A stretch of 64,000 nucleotides of DNA from an uncultured Thermococci archaeon (GTDB taxonomy: Archaea; Methanobacteriota_B; Thermococci; Methanofastidiosales; B48-G16): positions 36,619 through 100,618 of the forward strand of contig CAZQQT010000009.1 in the NCBI GenBank assembly GCA_964595645.1. The letters run 5' to 3'. The translations under genes were made by a program, and so were the position numbers. Numbering within the stretch: position 1 is the stretch's first letter; each line of letters begins with the position of its first letter. Below, one piece after another: positions 1 through 8,671 of the stretch. Under the pieces are notes generated by a model. That model was given only the letters and a program-made list of their open reading frames with translations. It had not been told where the DNA came from and searched no databases.

Positions 1-135
1 ACACTGCGGAGTCTCTCTCGCTCTGTGGAGTTGAGTATCCGATCAGACATGATACGAATCTCGCCTCATATCTATAACACTGAAGAGGATATCCTCTATG
101 CAGTGGACAGTCTCAAAGAGATTCTCGGTGTCTAA
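1..135 (+). CDS. 3' end of class V PLP aminotransferase / cysteine desulfurase-like protein (partial)
   Basis: Manual frame-1 translation ...IRSDMIRISPHIYNTEEDILYAVDSLKEILGV*; the RxSxHxYNTxEDI tail is typical of SufS/class V enzymes. Confidence 0.7.
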   Translation, partial: TLRSLSRSVELSIRSDMIRISPHIYNTEEDILYAVDSLKEILGV

Positions 136-943
136 CAATCTTCAGCCCGTCGCATAACTAAGGACACATACACATTTTGCGGTTTCCGTGGCCCTCCATA
201 GACCATCTGTGTACACCGTGAGAGTTCTGTTGCTGTACGCGGTATAACGGACCCGATATAATGCGGAACATAGACTGTTTTTGCTCCGTGGGTGGACGCA
301 TACGCGAGGATCTCACGAGCAGTACTCTCCTTTTTCGCGACAATGGGTCCTATTCTCCCTCCCCAGTGTATACCGTACCCTTCCTCCTCGAGGAGTATCA
401 CCTTTCCCCCCATGCTGAGGAGGAGACACAGTAGTGCACGTCTATCACCGCCAAAGAATTCTCTATCCATTTCCTCTGCCCATGAGGGCAATGTCTGAGA
501 TGCAGAAAGAGATCTATTGCAAGTGAATGAACAGTGTGACAGATCATAATTCACCACCGGACATATCTCATGACCCCCATACTTTGTATAGAGCGGTTTT
601 CCTTCTGTCGTCGCGTTCAGTGTTATCACGGGGATGTTCTTTTCCTCACCGCGGGAGAGTAATTCCTCAGCCAGCATGCTCCCTACACCTCGCCGTTGAA
701 AAGAGGGATCCACCGCCATATAGCCGATCCACGCCAGTGTGTAGTAGGGAAACAATGCTCGCACCCAAGTACTGTCCCTTGTCGTGTTGCGACAACGAAC
801 TCTCCAACGTGTTGTGCGTATAATTTCTGCCAAAACGATACCATAGACTTTGTATAAGAAATATCAAGATTAAATGCCTGTAAAAAGACATGTACCGCCT
901 TTACGAGCTCTGTCTTTTCTGGTGTTCTCATCATCGCATCCAT
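132..943 (-). pseudogene. GNAT acetyltransferase (YitH-like, two-domain), frameshifted near 759-760
   Basis: N-terminal part in ORF 683..1048 (...VVATRQGTVLGC) continues in ORF 132..833 (ALFPYYTLAWIGYMAVDPSFQRRGVG, acetyl-CoA motif; GGDRRALL, IGPIVA). May be a sequencing indel; start uncertain. Confidence 0.7.
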
Positions 944-1012
944 GCGATCCATTGCAACAATATGGAACGGGACGTAAATAAATTTATAGCGATAAGAAAA
1001 AAACTGCAGAAC

Positions 1013-1038
1013 CAAAAGAGAAAGAAAAGAAAAAAAAA
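1013..1038 (-). terminator. Oligo-T terminator-like tract
   Basis: A-rich run on + (T-rich on -) directly after the stop of 1039..3516. Confidence 0.5.
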
Positions 1039-3516
1039 TTAAAGACACTCAATACCGAGTTTCTCTTGGATCTCTTCAGCACACTCTAGTGCTTTCAACA
1101 GCTCGTTGTTCGCGTAGATGGTATTCTGTGTCGTGTTCGCGTTGTCGAGGTGCATCTGCATCTCATCTAAGAGATCCTGCACATCATTCGGGACTTCCTC
1201 CGGAAGGTACTTCTCGATACATCCCAGACATGTATTCACCTGCCACAGATGGAACAGTGCAACAGGTTCAAACTCCACGACTGGATTTATCGCTGATGCA
1301 ATCGCCAGCTCTAGTGTGAAGGTATCTACCCCACCGTCGTCGTCCGTGACCTGCAGTGTGACCTGATGATCTCCAACAGCTGAGTAGTAGTGTGTTGTTG
1401 TCATTCCTGTAGAATCAAAGGTACCATCGCTGGTCCAATCCCATTCGTATACGGCAATTGTTCCGTCCGAATCGAAGGACGCCGACGCATCGAACGCGAT
1501 GGTCTGGCCTGTCCGAGGAGCTGCCGGACTGTAGCTGAAACTGGCGGTGGGTGGATCGTTCACATCGGCTACAGAAATAGTCACCGTAGCCTCATTGGAG
1601 GTGGATCCGTCATCGTCATCAACGGTGTACGTAAAGCTATCCGTACCGTGGTAGTTCGGATCTGGCGTGTACGTAATCTCACCGGTGCTCGTGTTCACAC
1701 TCGTCGATCCGTGAGAGGGTCCACCAGTGACAGTAACTGTCGAGGGATCCAGTGTGCCGTCGCTGTCCGTATCGTTGGCCAGCACATCGATCGTGACGGC
1801 AGTATCTTCGTCCGTGCCGACGCTCTCATCGTTAGCGGTGGGTGGATCGTTCACATCGGCTACAGAAATAGTCACCGTAGCCTCATTGGAGGTGGATCCG
1901 TCATCGTCATCAACGGTGTACGTAAAGCTATCCGTACCGTGGTAGTTCGGATCTGGCGTGTACGTAATCTCACCGGTGCTCGTGTTCACACTCGTCGATC
2001 CGTGAGAGGGTCCACCAGTGACAGTAACTGTCGAGGGATCCAGTGTGCCGTCGCTGTCCGTATCGTTGGCCAGCACATCGATCGTGACGGCAGTATCTTC
2101 GTCCGTGCCGACGCTCTCATCGTTAGCGGTGGGTGGATCGTTCACATCGACCGTTGCCGTGGTGGTATCGGTCGCACCGTCATCGTCCGTGACTTCGAGA
2201 CCGATTGTGTGCGTCCCTGCAGTACTCCAGGAATGGGTCGGTTGTGAGCCAGTCGCATCATCGTAGCTTCCGTCGTTGTCCAAGTCCCAAGCATAGCTCG
2301 CGATCGAGCCGTCAGGATCCGAAGAGCCGGTACCGTCGAGCGTAATACTCTCTCCCACATTGCCGGAATACGGGCCATTGGCATCGGCAGTGGGCAGAGC
2401 GTTAGCTTCGGTGGTGACAGAATCATCATTGGTTACCGTTGAGTCCGACTGCGACGTCGCAGTTAACGTTGTCATATCAGTACCAGCCGATGTTGCAGTA
2501 ACTTGAACCTGAACTGTCGCAGATGAGCCGGCGCCGATAGTCACGGTATTACCACCGGGAAGAGAGACATCCCACCCTTGACTGGAACTGACGGAGAGGT
2601 CAAAGGTGTCCGAAGAGCTCTGCAGATTCTGCACAGTGAAATCATAAGTGAACGTATCACCAACATTGCCGCTCTGTCCTGCTGGAGCCATGACCTGCAC
2701 ATCGCCAGATTCGGTCCATTTCTCGATGGCCTTAATCTCCCAAGTCTCTCCAGGAGAGAGTGTGGCTCTGTCCCACTCCACAGCGTAGCCAGCGTCAACG
2801 TAATTTGGATCAACGGTGTCGGGAAGATTACTCCCACTATTCATTGCGTTTGTGACACTGGAGTAGGTGTCCTCGTAATAGTGGTCTATCGGTGAGGTGG
2901 TGGTACCCAGCAGCCCCATGATGCCGGTAACACCACTGTTGGTGAGATACACCATGTCCAAGCTGGAATCATAGTGGCCGTTCGAACTGTCTAAACCGCC
3001 AAAATAGGTGTCGCCTCCACGTATGAAGTAAAGGTCGGTATACGTTGTACTCCCCGTGTTCTCGATGACCCATTCCATGTTGTAATACTTGGCGCCATCA
3101 GTGTACGTAACCGTCTGTGTAATCCGAATCCCCGTACTACCAGCCTCGTAGACGGTTACAATGGTCCACGCGTCGGGTTTGCTGTTAGAAATAGGGGTGA
3201 AATCAGTGCACGAGCTACAGTCTGCCGTGCTGGCACCGGAGCAGTCAAACCCCATGCTCCCGCTGTTCAGCCATAAGACGTTGTTACAGGCATCGGCGCT
3301 ATAATACTGATAACCGGATGCCCAGTTGTCATAGTAAGGTTCAATCCGACCGGTATCGTGTACGTCGATATCAATTGGATCGCCACTGATGCTCTGAGTT
3401 GCCGCTCTGACAGGCATAGCACCCAGGACAAGAAGTATGCTGACTACCATACCTACTGCAATTCCCTGTCGAATAAGTGTAGAAACTGTAGTGCTTCTTA
3501 GTTTACGTTTCTTCAT
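1039..3516 (-). CDS. Secreted PKD-domain / cadherin-like (tandem-95, Big_9-type) repeat protein
   Basis: Basic plus hydrophobic signal peptide ending AMPVRAA; PKD motifs (DGTGSSDPDGSIASYAWD, DASASFDSDGTIAVYEWDW); two NDPPTANDE...DVLANDTDSDG...YTPDPNYHGTDSFTYTV repeats. Confidence 0.85.
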   Translation of the reverse strand: MKKRKLRSTTVSTLIRQGIAVGMVVSILLVLGAMPVRAATQSISGDPIDIDVHDTGRIEPYYDNWASGYQYYSADACNNVLWLNSGSMGFDCSGASTADCSSCTDFTPISNSKPDAWTIVTVYEAGSTGIRITQTVTYTDGAKYYNMEWVIENTGSTTYTDLYFIRGGDTYFGGLDSSNGHYDSSLDMVYLTNSGVTGIMGLLGTTTSPIDHYYEDTYSSVTNAMNSGSNLPDTVDPNYVDAGYAVEWDRATLSPGETWEIKAIEKWTESGDVQVMAPAGQSGNVGDTFTYDFTVQNLQSSSDTFDLSVSSSQGWDVSLPGGNTVTIGAGSSATVQVQVTATSAGTDMTTLTATSQSDSTVTNDDSVTTEANALPTADANGPYSGNVGESITLDGTGSSDPDGSIASYAWDLDNDGSYDDATGSQPTHSWSTAGTHTIGLEVTDDDGATDTTTATVDVNDPPTANDESVGTDEDTAVTIDVLANDTDSDGTLDPSTVTVTGGPSHGSTSVNTSTGEITYTPDPNYHGTDSFTYTVDDDDGSTSNEATVTISVADVNDPPTANDESVGTDEDTAVTIDVLANDTDSDGTLDPSTVTVTGGPSHGSTSVNTSTGEITYTPDPNYHGTDSFTYTVDDDDGSTSNEATVTISVADVNDPPTASFSYSPAAPRTGQTIAFDASASFDSDGTIAVYEWDWTSDGTFDSTGMTTTHYYSAVGDHQVTLQVTDDDGGVDTFTLELAIASAINPVVEFEPVALFHLWQVNTCLGCIEKYLPEEVPNDVQDLLDEMQMHLDNANTTQNTIYANNELLKALECAEEIQEKLGIECL
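1544..2149. repeat. Intragenic tandem duplication, 291-bp period (about 2.1 copies)
   Basis: gcggtgggtggatcgttcacatcg recurs at 1544, 1835 and 2126; the intervening sequence looks identical. Confidence 0.95.
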
Positions 3517-3552
3517 ACTATTACCTCCTTCAATTTTTCTTTCACGCTATTC

Positions 3553-3616
3553 ACTCCTAACTTTCGTATACTTCTATAACTTCTTATACTTCTATTTATA
3601 AGGTTTGGGGGGGGGG
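3553..3616 (-). promoter_or_regulatory. Putative promoter of the PKD gene: TATA, short direct repeats and a G10/C10 tract
   Basis: Minus strand cccccccccc-aaacc-ttataaat; ACTTCT-like units at 3560, 3570, 3579, 3588. Confidence 0.5.
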
Positions 3617-3794
3617 ATTGCGTCTCTAAACTGCCTATTTAAGAAAATTTTAGATGTTTCTATTTCTCTGCCATCACACAGAAATATGAAGAATGAGTAT
3701 TTTGATAATCTTAAGGGGCAGTATTTTATTAAATAAGTTAGCAAGAACAAAGAATCCAGAAATGAACTTTAATTTAGAAAAGCAGCTAAAAGTA

Positions 3795-3879
3795 TGCGGG
3801 GGACGGGAGTTGAACCCGCGGATCCCTACGGAACTAGGCCCTCAACCTAGCGCCTTTGGCCAGGCTCGGCAACCCCCGC
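3795..3879 (-). tRNA. tRNA-Leu (GAG), CCA not encoded
   Basis: GCGGGGG/CCCCCGC acceptor stem; anticodon arm CTAGG-TT-GAG-GG-CCTAG; long variable arm; GTTCAA T-loop. Confidence 0.95.
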
Positions 3880-4608
3880 AAGTGCATCAATAAACCTGTC
3901 ACATTTTTCTTCTATCACTTCTGTGGCGACCCTTATTAAATCCTTTGTGCTCATGTTCCCGTAATTCTCAATGGTGAAAATAAACTTTCGTGGATCGTGA
4001 TCTATAGAGATAGCTGCAAGATCGCATGCCTCTTCGCACGCTTTGCAGAGTGTACACTCCTCAATGTGCTCGACCTCCACCGTATCGTCGACGAGGTTAA
4101 GAATATCTTTTGGACACGCCTCAATACATGCCTCACAGAGATCACATTTCTCATCGATGGTAATGATGGGAAATGCCTTGTAAAATGCCAGACAGGACTG
4201 ATATTTTGCATGATCTTGCGCTGTTCCCACAGTGGCGATGCAGTTCACGCTTATCTTCTGATTTTCTCCAAGTTTGGCAATGGGGATCTCTCCTACTGTC
4301 GGTTTTACAAGATCATCCTCAGAGATCATGTCCTGTGAGTAGACGATTCCTGGGCCCTCCTTTTCAATACTGAGTGTTACCTCTCTCGTAACGCCTGGAG
4401 GTGTGTGGAGCGGAACAAGTCCGATCCGGTGGGCAAGAACTTCGTCGTAGAGGATAGACGTGTTTTCATACACAATGAGATGATCCACTGCATAAAGCGG
4501 AATCTCTGAGAGAAGAACCCTTCTCAAAGCGTTCACAACCCCTACATCGACATCCTCTATCATGAACTGTGCCTTTGAATCCGTTGTGGACAGCAGTGTG
4601 ATATTCAT
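3847..4608 (-). CDS. rpoD: RNA polymerase subunit D (Rpo3) with ferredoxin-like domain
   Basis: [29 protein letters not shown]; two CxxCxxCxxxC motifs; follows S11. Confidence 0.95.
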   Translation of the reverse strand: MNITLLSTTDSKAQFMIEDVDVGVVNALRRVLLSEIPLYAVDHLIVYENTSILYDEVLAHRIGLVPLHTPPGVTREVTLSIEKEGPGIVYSQDMISEDDLVKPTVGEIPIAKLGENQKISVNCIATVGTAQDHAKYQSCLAFYKAFPIITIDEKCDLCEACIEACPKDILNLVDDTVEVEHIEECTLCKACEEACDLAAISIDHDPRKFIFTIENYGNMSTKDLIRVATEVIEEKCDRFIDALAGVAEPGQRR

Positions 4609-4997
4609 ATCCTTCGTCCTCGTTTCCCACCTTTAGGTCGTGTACCATCATGGGGTATTGGAGTCACATCCTCAATTCGTCCTATTCGTAACCGCGCCCG
4701 GGATAATGCTCGGATCGCAGCCTGTGCTCCTGGACCCGGATTCTTGTTTTGATTCCCGCCGGGAGCTCTCACTTTGATATGTACAGCTGAAATCCCTCGT
4801 TCCTGTGCCTGTTCGGCTGCAATTGCTGCTGCCTTCATAGCTGCGTAGGGAGAAGACTCCTCCCTATCTGTCTTCACAACCATTCCTCCAGACACCCGTG
4901 CAATCGTCTCTGCACCGCTGAGATCTGTAATATGAATAATTGTGTTGTTGAACGACGCGTAGATATGGGCAACGCCCCATTTCTCATTTTTTGCCAT
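4605..4997 (-). CDS. rps11: 30S ribosomal protein uS11
   Basis: [37 protein letters not shown]. Confidence 0.98.
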   Translation of the reverse strand: MAKNEKWGVAHIYASFNNTIIHITDLSGAETIARVSGGMVVKTDREESSPYAAMKAAAIAAEQAQERGISAVHIKVRAPGGNQNKNPGPGAQAAIRALSRARLRIGRIEDVTPIPHDGTRPKGGKRGRRI

Positions 4998-5001
4998 ATT
5001 A

Positions 5002-5472
5002 TCACTCCCTCCTTCCTATTGTTCCTTCTTTTCTCTCGCTCACAAGCATACTCGGACAGGTCGCGACTTGTTCATCGAGCATGATGTGACGATGAGCAAT
5101 TAACTGTCGAGCCTCCCTCGGTGTACGTGCCAGACCTTTTCTAAATACCACCGACTGAAGTCTCCTGTCCAAGATATCTTGGAGATCCAGTTCTAGGATA
5201 TTATCGAGGTTTGCGTCTTCCTTCAGGATCCCAAGTCTCTGAAGTTTTTGGATCAGTTCTCGTTCTTCTTTTTTTGCTTCTTCGCCTGTCGATGCCAGAA
5301 GAAGCCTCGCCTGTCGTCGATACTTCCTCAACCTCGACTCAGCCTTCCAGAGCTCCTTTTTGTTTTTCAGGCCATATTTTCGTAAAAGCTCATCTTCACG
5401 ATCCATTCTGTCTTTCTGCCATGGATGAGGAGGTGTCTCATACTTTTTTCTTGATTTCTTTGGATGCCCCAT
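5002..5472 (-). CDS. rps4: 30S ribosomal protein uS4
   Basis: [33 protein letters not shown]. Confidence 0.97.
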   Translation of the reverse strand: MGHPKKSRKKYETPPHPWQKDRMDREDELLRKYGLKNKKELWKAESRLRKYRRQARLLLASTGEEAKKEERELIQKLQRLGILKEDANLDNILELDLQDILDRRLQSVVFRKGLARTPREARQLIAHRHIMLDEQVATCPSMLVSERKEGTIGRRE

Positions 5473-5476
5473 TCAA

Positions 5477-5965
5477 TCACCCCTCTTCTTCCTCGCGGCG
5501 CCGTCGCTCTCTTCTTCGTTCTATTCTCTTACGGCTTACACCGATTGCACCACCAGTTCTAAAGCTTGACTTGGTCTTCTGTCCTCTCACAGGGAGACCC
5601 AACCCGTGCCTGATACCTCTGTACGAGTTTATTCTCTTGAGTCTATTGATATCCTCTCTTTGTGCCATGGTAAGATCTGCTTCGATTACGTGCTTATCCT
5701 CACCTGTCTCGTAATCTTTCCTCCTGTTTAACATCCATGATGGAATACCAATCTCTTTTGGATCCTCTAACGCATTCTTTATCTCTTCGACCGTTGTATC
5801 ATCGAGTTCACCAAACTTTGTCTCGGGATCGATATCCAAGGCCCGAACAATACCTCGCGATACATTTATTCCAATTCCTTGCAATTTGGTTAACGCTAAC
5901 GCTACCTTCTTATTTCCGTCTAAATCGACGCCTGCTACACGTATTATGTGTTTGAATTCGCTCAT
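5477..5965 (-). CDS. rps13: 30S ribosomal protein uS13
   Basis: PSWMLNRRKD, SYRGIRH, GLPVRGQKTK. Confidence 0.98.
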   Translation of the reverse strand: MSEFKHIIRVAGVDLDGNKKVALALTKLQGIGINVSRGIVRALDIDPETKFGELDDTTVEEIKNALEDPKEIGIPSWMLNRRKDYETGEDKHVIEADLTMAQREDINRLKRINSYRGIRHGLGLPVRGQKTKSSFRTGGAIGVSRKRIERRRERRRREEEEG

Positions 5966-5998
5966 TATGAATCAACTCCGTATATATTCCAATTATAA

Positions 5999-6083
5999 CG
6001 CCGGGGAGGGGATTTGAACCCCCGTTCTCCAGAGGAGAACGAGCTCTCCAGGCTCGCGCCTTTCCGGTCTCGGCAACCCCGGC
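5999..6083 (-). tRNA. tRNA-Ser (GGA), CCA not encoded
   Basis: GCCGGGG/CCCCGGC stem; anticodon arm CGAGC-CT-GGA-GA-GCTCG; long variable arm; GTTCAAATCC. Confidence 0.95.
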
Positions 6084-6107
6084 ACACCTTGTATGTGATC
6101 TCTCAAG

Positions 6108-6124
6108 ATTTATATATCTTTTTA
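6108..6124 (-). promoter_or_regulatory. BRE/TATA promoter for tRNA-Ser and the alpha operon
   Basis: Minus strand aaaaag-atatataaat about 25 nt upstream of the tRNA 5' end. Confidence 0.55.
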
Positions 6125-7042
6125 TGAATTTACCTTCCATACACGAGGATAGGTACCCCGTTCCATGAGCACCCGGTCAGTGACCACAGCCACATCGTCC
6201 TTCTCCATTATCTCGCTAGAGCTCATTGCAGCGGTTCCCAATGCAACCAGCTCATCTTTGCATGTCATGATAGCAACACGTTGATCCGGCTCAATACTCT
6301 CACATCTCTCAACGCCAACTGTCATCAGATTCGCGCCGTGACAGATCGCGTCGACAGCTGTACTCTTAATCCATACCCTCGGGATATTTATACCTTCTTC
6401 TATTGGACGCACACATCGACGGATCTCGTCCTCTATACCCTGCTCCTTCCAGAATGTGTACGCATCGAGGAGTTCGTGGAGTGTCACTCCCTTGTCCTCT
6501 GTGAACATTCCAACACTGGTTCTCCTAAGATCCTCCATATTTGCTCCTGTGCCAAGGGCTTCGCCGATATCGTAGCATAATTTTCGAATGTAGGTCCCTG
6601 CCTCACATCTCACTCTCATGAGGACGTTATTCTCTTTTATCTCCAATATGGATATGTCTTTGATCTCTTTCACCCGAACTCTTCGTTTTACAGCTGATTT
6701 CACCGGAGGTTTCTGATATATTTTTCCAGTGAACTCTTCACAGATTGCATGGATCCTCTCCTCTGGTGCCGTGGAGTGGAGACGCATTGCACACACATAC
6801 TCTTTATCCGAGGTGAGCAGGAGATTCATCACCCGTGTCGCCTTCTGTGTTCCAACGACAAGTACCCCTGTCACACTGGGATCGAGTGTTCCTGAGTGTC
6901 CTGCCTTCTCTATCTCCAGTATCCTCTTCACCCAGGCTACAACCTCGTGGGCTGTAGGGCCTGCGGGTTTATCAAGGATTATCATTCCCCTTTCTATCAG
7001 TTCATCCACTGTTCTCTCTTCTGGAGGTGATCCATACTTCAT
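6122..7042 (-). CDS. cbf5: H/ACA / tRNA pseudouridine synthase Cbf5
   Basis: LDKPAGPT, GHSGTLDP (catalytic Asp), GTYIRKLC, C-terminal PUA domain. Confidence 0.96.
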   Translation of the reverse strand: MKYGSPPEERTVDELIERGMIILDKPAGPTAHEVVAWVKRILEIEKAGHSGTLDPSVTGVLVVGTQKATRVMNLLLTSDKEYVCAMRLHSTAPEERIHAICEEFTGKIYQKPPVKSAVKRRVRVKEIKDISILEIKENNVLMRVRCEAGTYIRKLCYDIGEALGTGANMEDLRRTSVGMFTEDKGVTLHELLDAYTFWKEQGIEDEIRRCVRPIEEGINIPRVWIKSTAVDAICHGANLMTVGVERCESIEPDQRVAIMTCKDELVALGTAAMSSSEIMEKDDVAVVTDRVLMERGTYPRVWKVNS

Positions 7043-7047
7043 AACGC

Positions 7048-7263
7048 TTACCCTAGTGCGCGTCTGATTTGTTCATCTGATGCGTCTTCTCCTATATCCT
7101 TCACTTCCGGATGAAGCTCGAGATGTTTTATGTTACATCTTTTTCTTTTTACGTGGGGACCTGAAACAACAACGTAATTTTCATCGATGACATCTACAAT
7201 GATACATTTATTTCCTGCTTCTCTTCCCGCGAGTTTTGTACATACTCTTCCGATTTCTACCAT
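7048..7263 (-). CDS. rpl14e: 50S ribosomal protein eL14
   Basis: EIGRVCTKLAGREAG, KRKRCNIKHLE. Confidence 0.95.
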   Translation of the reverse strand: MVEIGRVCTKLAGREAGNKCIIVDVIDENYVVVSGPHVKRKRCNIKHLELHPEVKDIGEDASDEQIRRALG

Positions 7264-7781
7264 TCTCTCACCTCAATTGCCTTCTCGATTATTTTGTACA
7301 CTCCTGCAGGCACCCATTTGCCTGTGTTGATTATCAGATCATATATGGAAAGATCGTCGAGATCCACCCCATAGAACTTCTTGTATCTCTTTTTCTCACT
7401 TTTTTCTCTTTTTTTTATCTCTTTTTTACTTTTTCCATGATCCTTTTTCTCTCTGCCCCCCACCCTCCTTGCTCGGATTTCGAAGGGGGCTGTGAGCCAT
7501 ATTTTCAGATCGGCATTGACAAAATGTGCCGCCATTCTCCCTTCCACAACACAGTCGTGATGCTGTTCCGCAAGTTCCTTCTGTTTCTCATCGACTATCT
7601 TATCTATCTCATCATTTTTTTCGGCATGCTCACTAAACTCTTCTAAACTCATATTCTGCTCTTTGGCAAGCTCCCGGAAGATCATTCCTGCGTATATGTG
7701 TTTATACCCTAAATTTCGCTCTATCAGCCGTGCTGAGGTGGTTGTACCACTTCCTGGGAGTCCACCAATTGTGATCTTCAT
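7257..7781 (-). CDS. cmk: Cytidylate kinase (archaeal type)
   Basis: ITIGGLPGSGTTT P-loop, VVEGR, conserved context. Confidence 0.93.
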   Translation of the reverse strand: MKITIGGLPGSGTTTSARLIERNLGYKHIYAGMIFRELAKEQNMSLEEFSEHAEKNDEIDKIVDEKQKELAEQHHDCVVEGRMAAHFVNADLKIWLTAPFEIRARRVGGREKKDHGKSKKEIKKREKSEKKRYKKFYGVDLDDLSIYDLIINTGKWVPAGVYKIIEKAIEVREW

Positions 7782-8047
7782 AGTTCGTCTCTAACCCTCT
7801 TCCTAATCATTTTTCTCATGCAGTTGGAGCACAGGTAGCCGCCGTAGGGTCGTGTTGGGCTCTTTTTACTTTTATTCGATTTTTTTATTTCATTTGTAGT
7901 CCCTCGGGGCACACCATGAAGCTCCGCTCCACAGTGTGCACATTTAGACTTTCCGTGTGCTCTTTTCTCGTAGTGAACGGCTTCTTTGCCACCTGGAGTC
8001 TTCACCTTCTTCTTTTTTAATGATCGCGATCGATACATTCCTCTCAT
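7778..8047 (-). CDS. rpl34e: 50S ribosomal protein eL34
   Basis: KTPGG, CAHCG, RPYGGYLCSNC; ATG at 8047 follows a GGTGA RBS. Confidence 0.95.
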   Translation of the reverse strand: MRGMYRSRSLKKKKVKTPGGKEAVHYEKRAHGKSKCAHCGAELHGVPRGTTNEIKKSNKSKKSPTRPYGGYLCSNCMRKMIRKRVRDEL

Positions 8048-8058
8048 ACTATCACCTT

Positions 8059-8670
8059 TTATACCATGTTCAACAACTTTCTCCACGTCTGACCAAATAC
8101 CATGGCGCAGAGGAAGTAGAGACCGTACGCACCAAGGAGGTTCGCTGCCATCTCACCGTGGAAATATCCGAAGAACCATCCTATCACAGGAAGATCGAAC
8201 AATGGGAAGGGCAGTTCAAGGATTGGTACGCCATACGCTGCAGTATGTCTGAACCATGCGAAAAGGATAAATATTGGTGCCATTGTAATGAGCAGCGGCT
8301 TCATCGTCATTCCCGTCATTTTTGCATTCAGTTCGTTGATGCGTTTCTTCTGACCCTCCAATTTTCTTATTTCTTTTTTGTTGCCCTTCTTCTTGGCCTT
8401 CATGAGCCTGCTTCTATAGTCTGAGACTTCTTCTCGGATCTCTTTTACCTCGTCGTAATCGACCATCCAGTAGTTTACCAAGGTGATGAATATAGAGATC
8501 AGTAAGGCAACGAGTATCACTCCCAAAATGTACTCTGTGTACACCTGTACAGGCTCTCCTTTTACCATCGCCTCAACGTAGCTAGCATTTTCTCGAACGG
8601 GAAAAAAACTCCCGAAGATCGAATCGAAAAATCCGTAAAACACATTCATTATTGAATCTAATACACTCAT
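8059..8670 (-). CDS. DUF106 / EMC3-TMCO1 (Oxa1 superfamily) membrane protein
   Basis: TM helix, coiled coil, MKPLLITMAPI, further TM helices; conserved position after secY. Confidence 0.88.
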   Translation of the reverse strand: MSVLDSIMNVFYGFFDSIFGSFFPVRENASYVEAMVKGEPVQVYTEYILGVILVALLISIFITLVNYWMVDYDEVKEIREEVSDYRSRLMKAKKKGNKKEIRKLEGQKKRINELNAKMTGMTMKPLLITMAPIFILFAWFRHTAAYGVPILELPFPLFDLPVIGWFFGYFHGEMAANLLGAYGLYFLCAMVFGQTWRKLLNMV

Positions 8671-8671
8671 T

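Noticed and set aside
1544-2149. Possible CRISPR array
   Set aside because: 291-bp in-frame coding repeat with no spacers and no cas genes
1390-2266. Long plus-strand ORFs with repeated peptides
   Set aside because: Antisense shadows of the PKD gene and its duplication
1-3794. Integrated element at tRNA-Leu
   Set aside because: No integrase, transposase or att duplicate visible; kept only as a synteny-break finding
3693-3893. 66-aa ORF (also 5910..6140)
   Set aside because: These overlap tRNA genes and have no protein motifs
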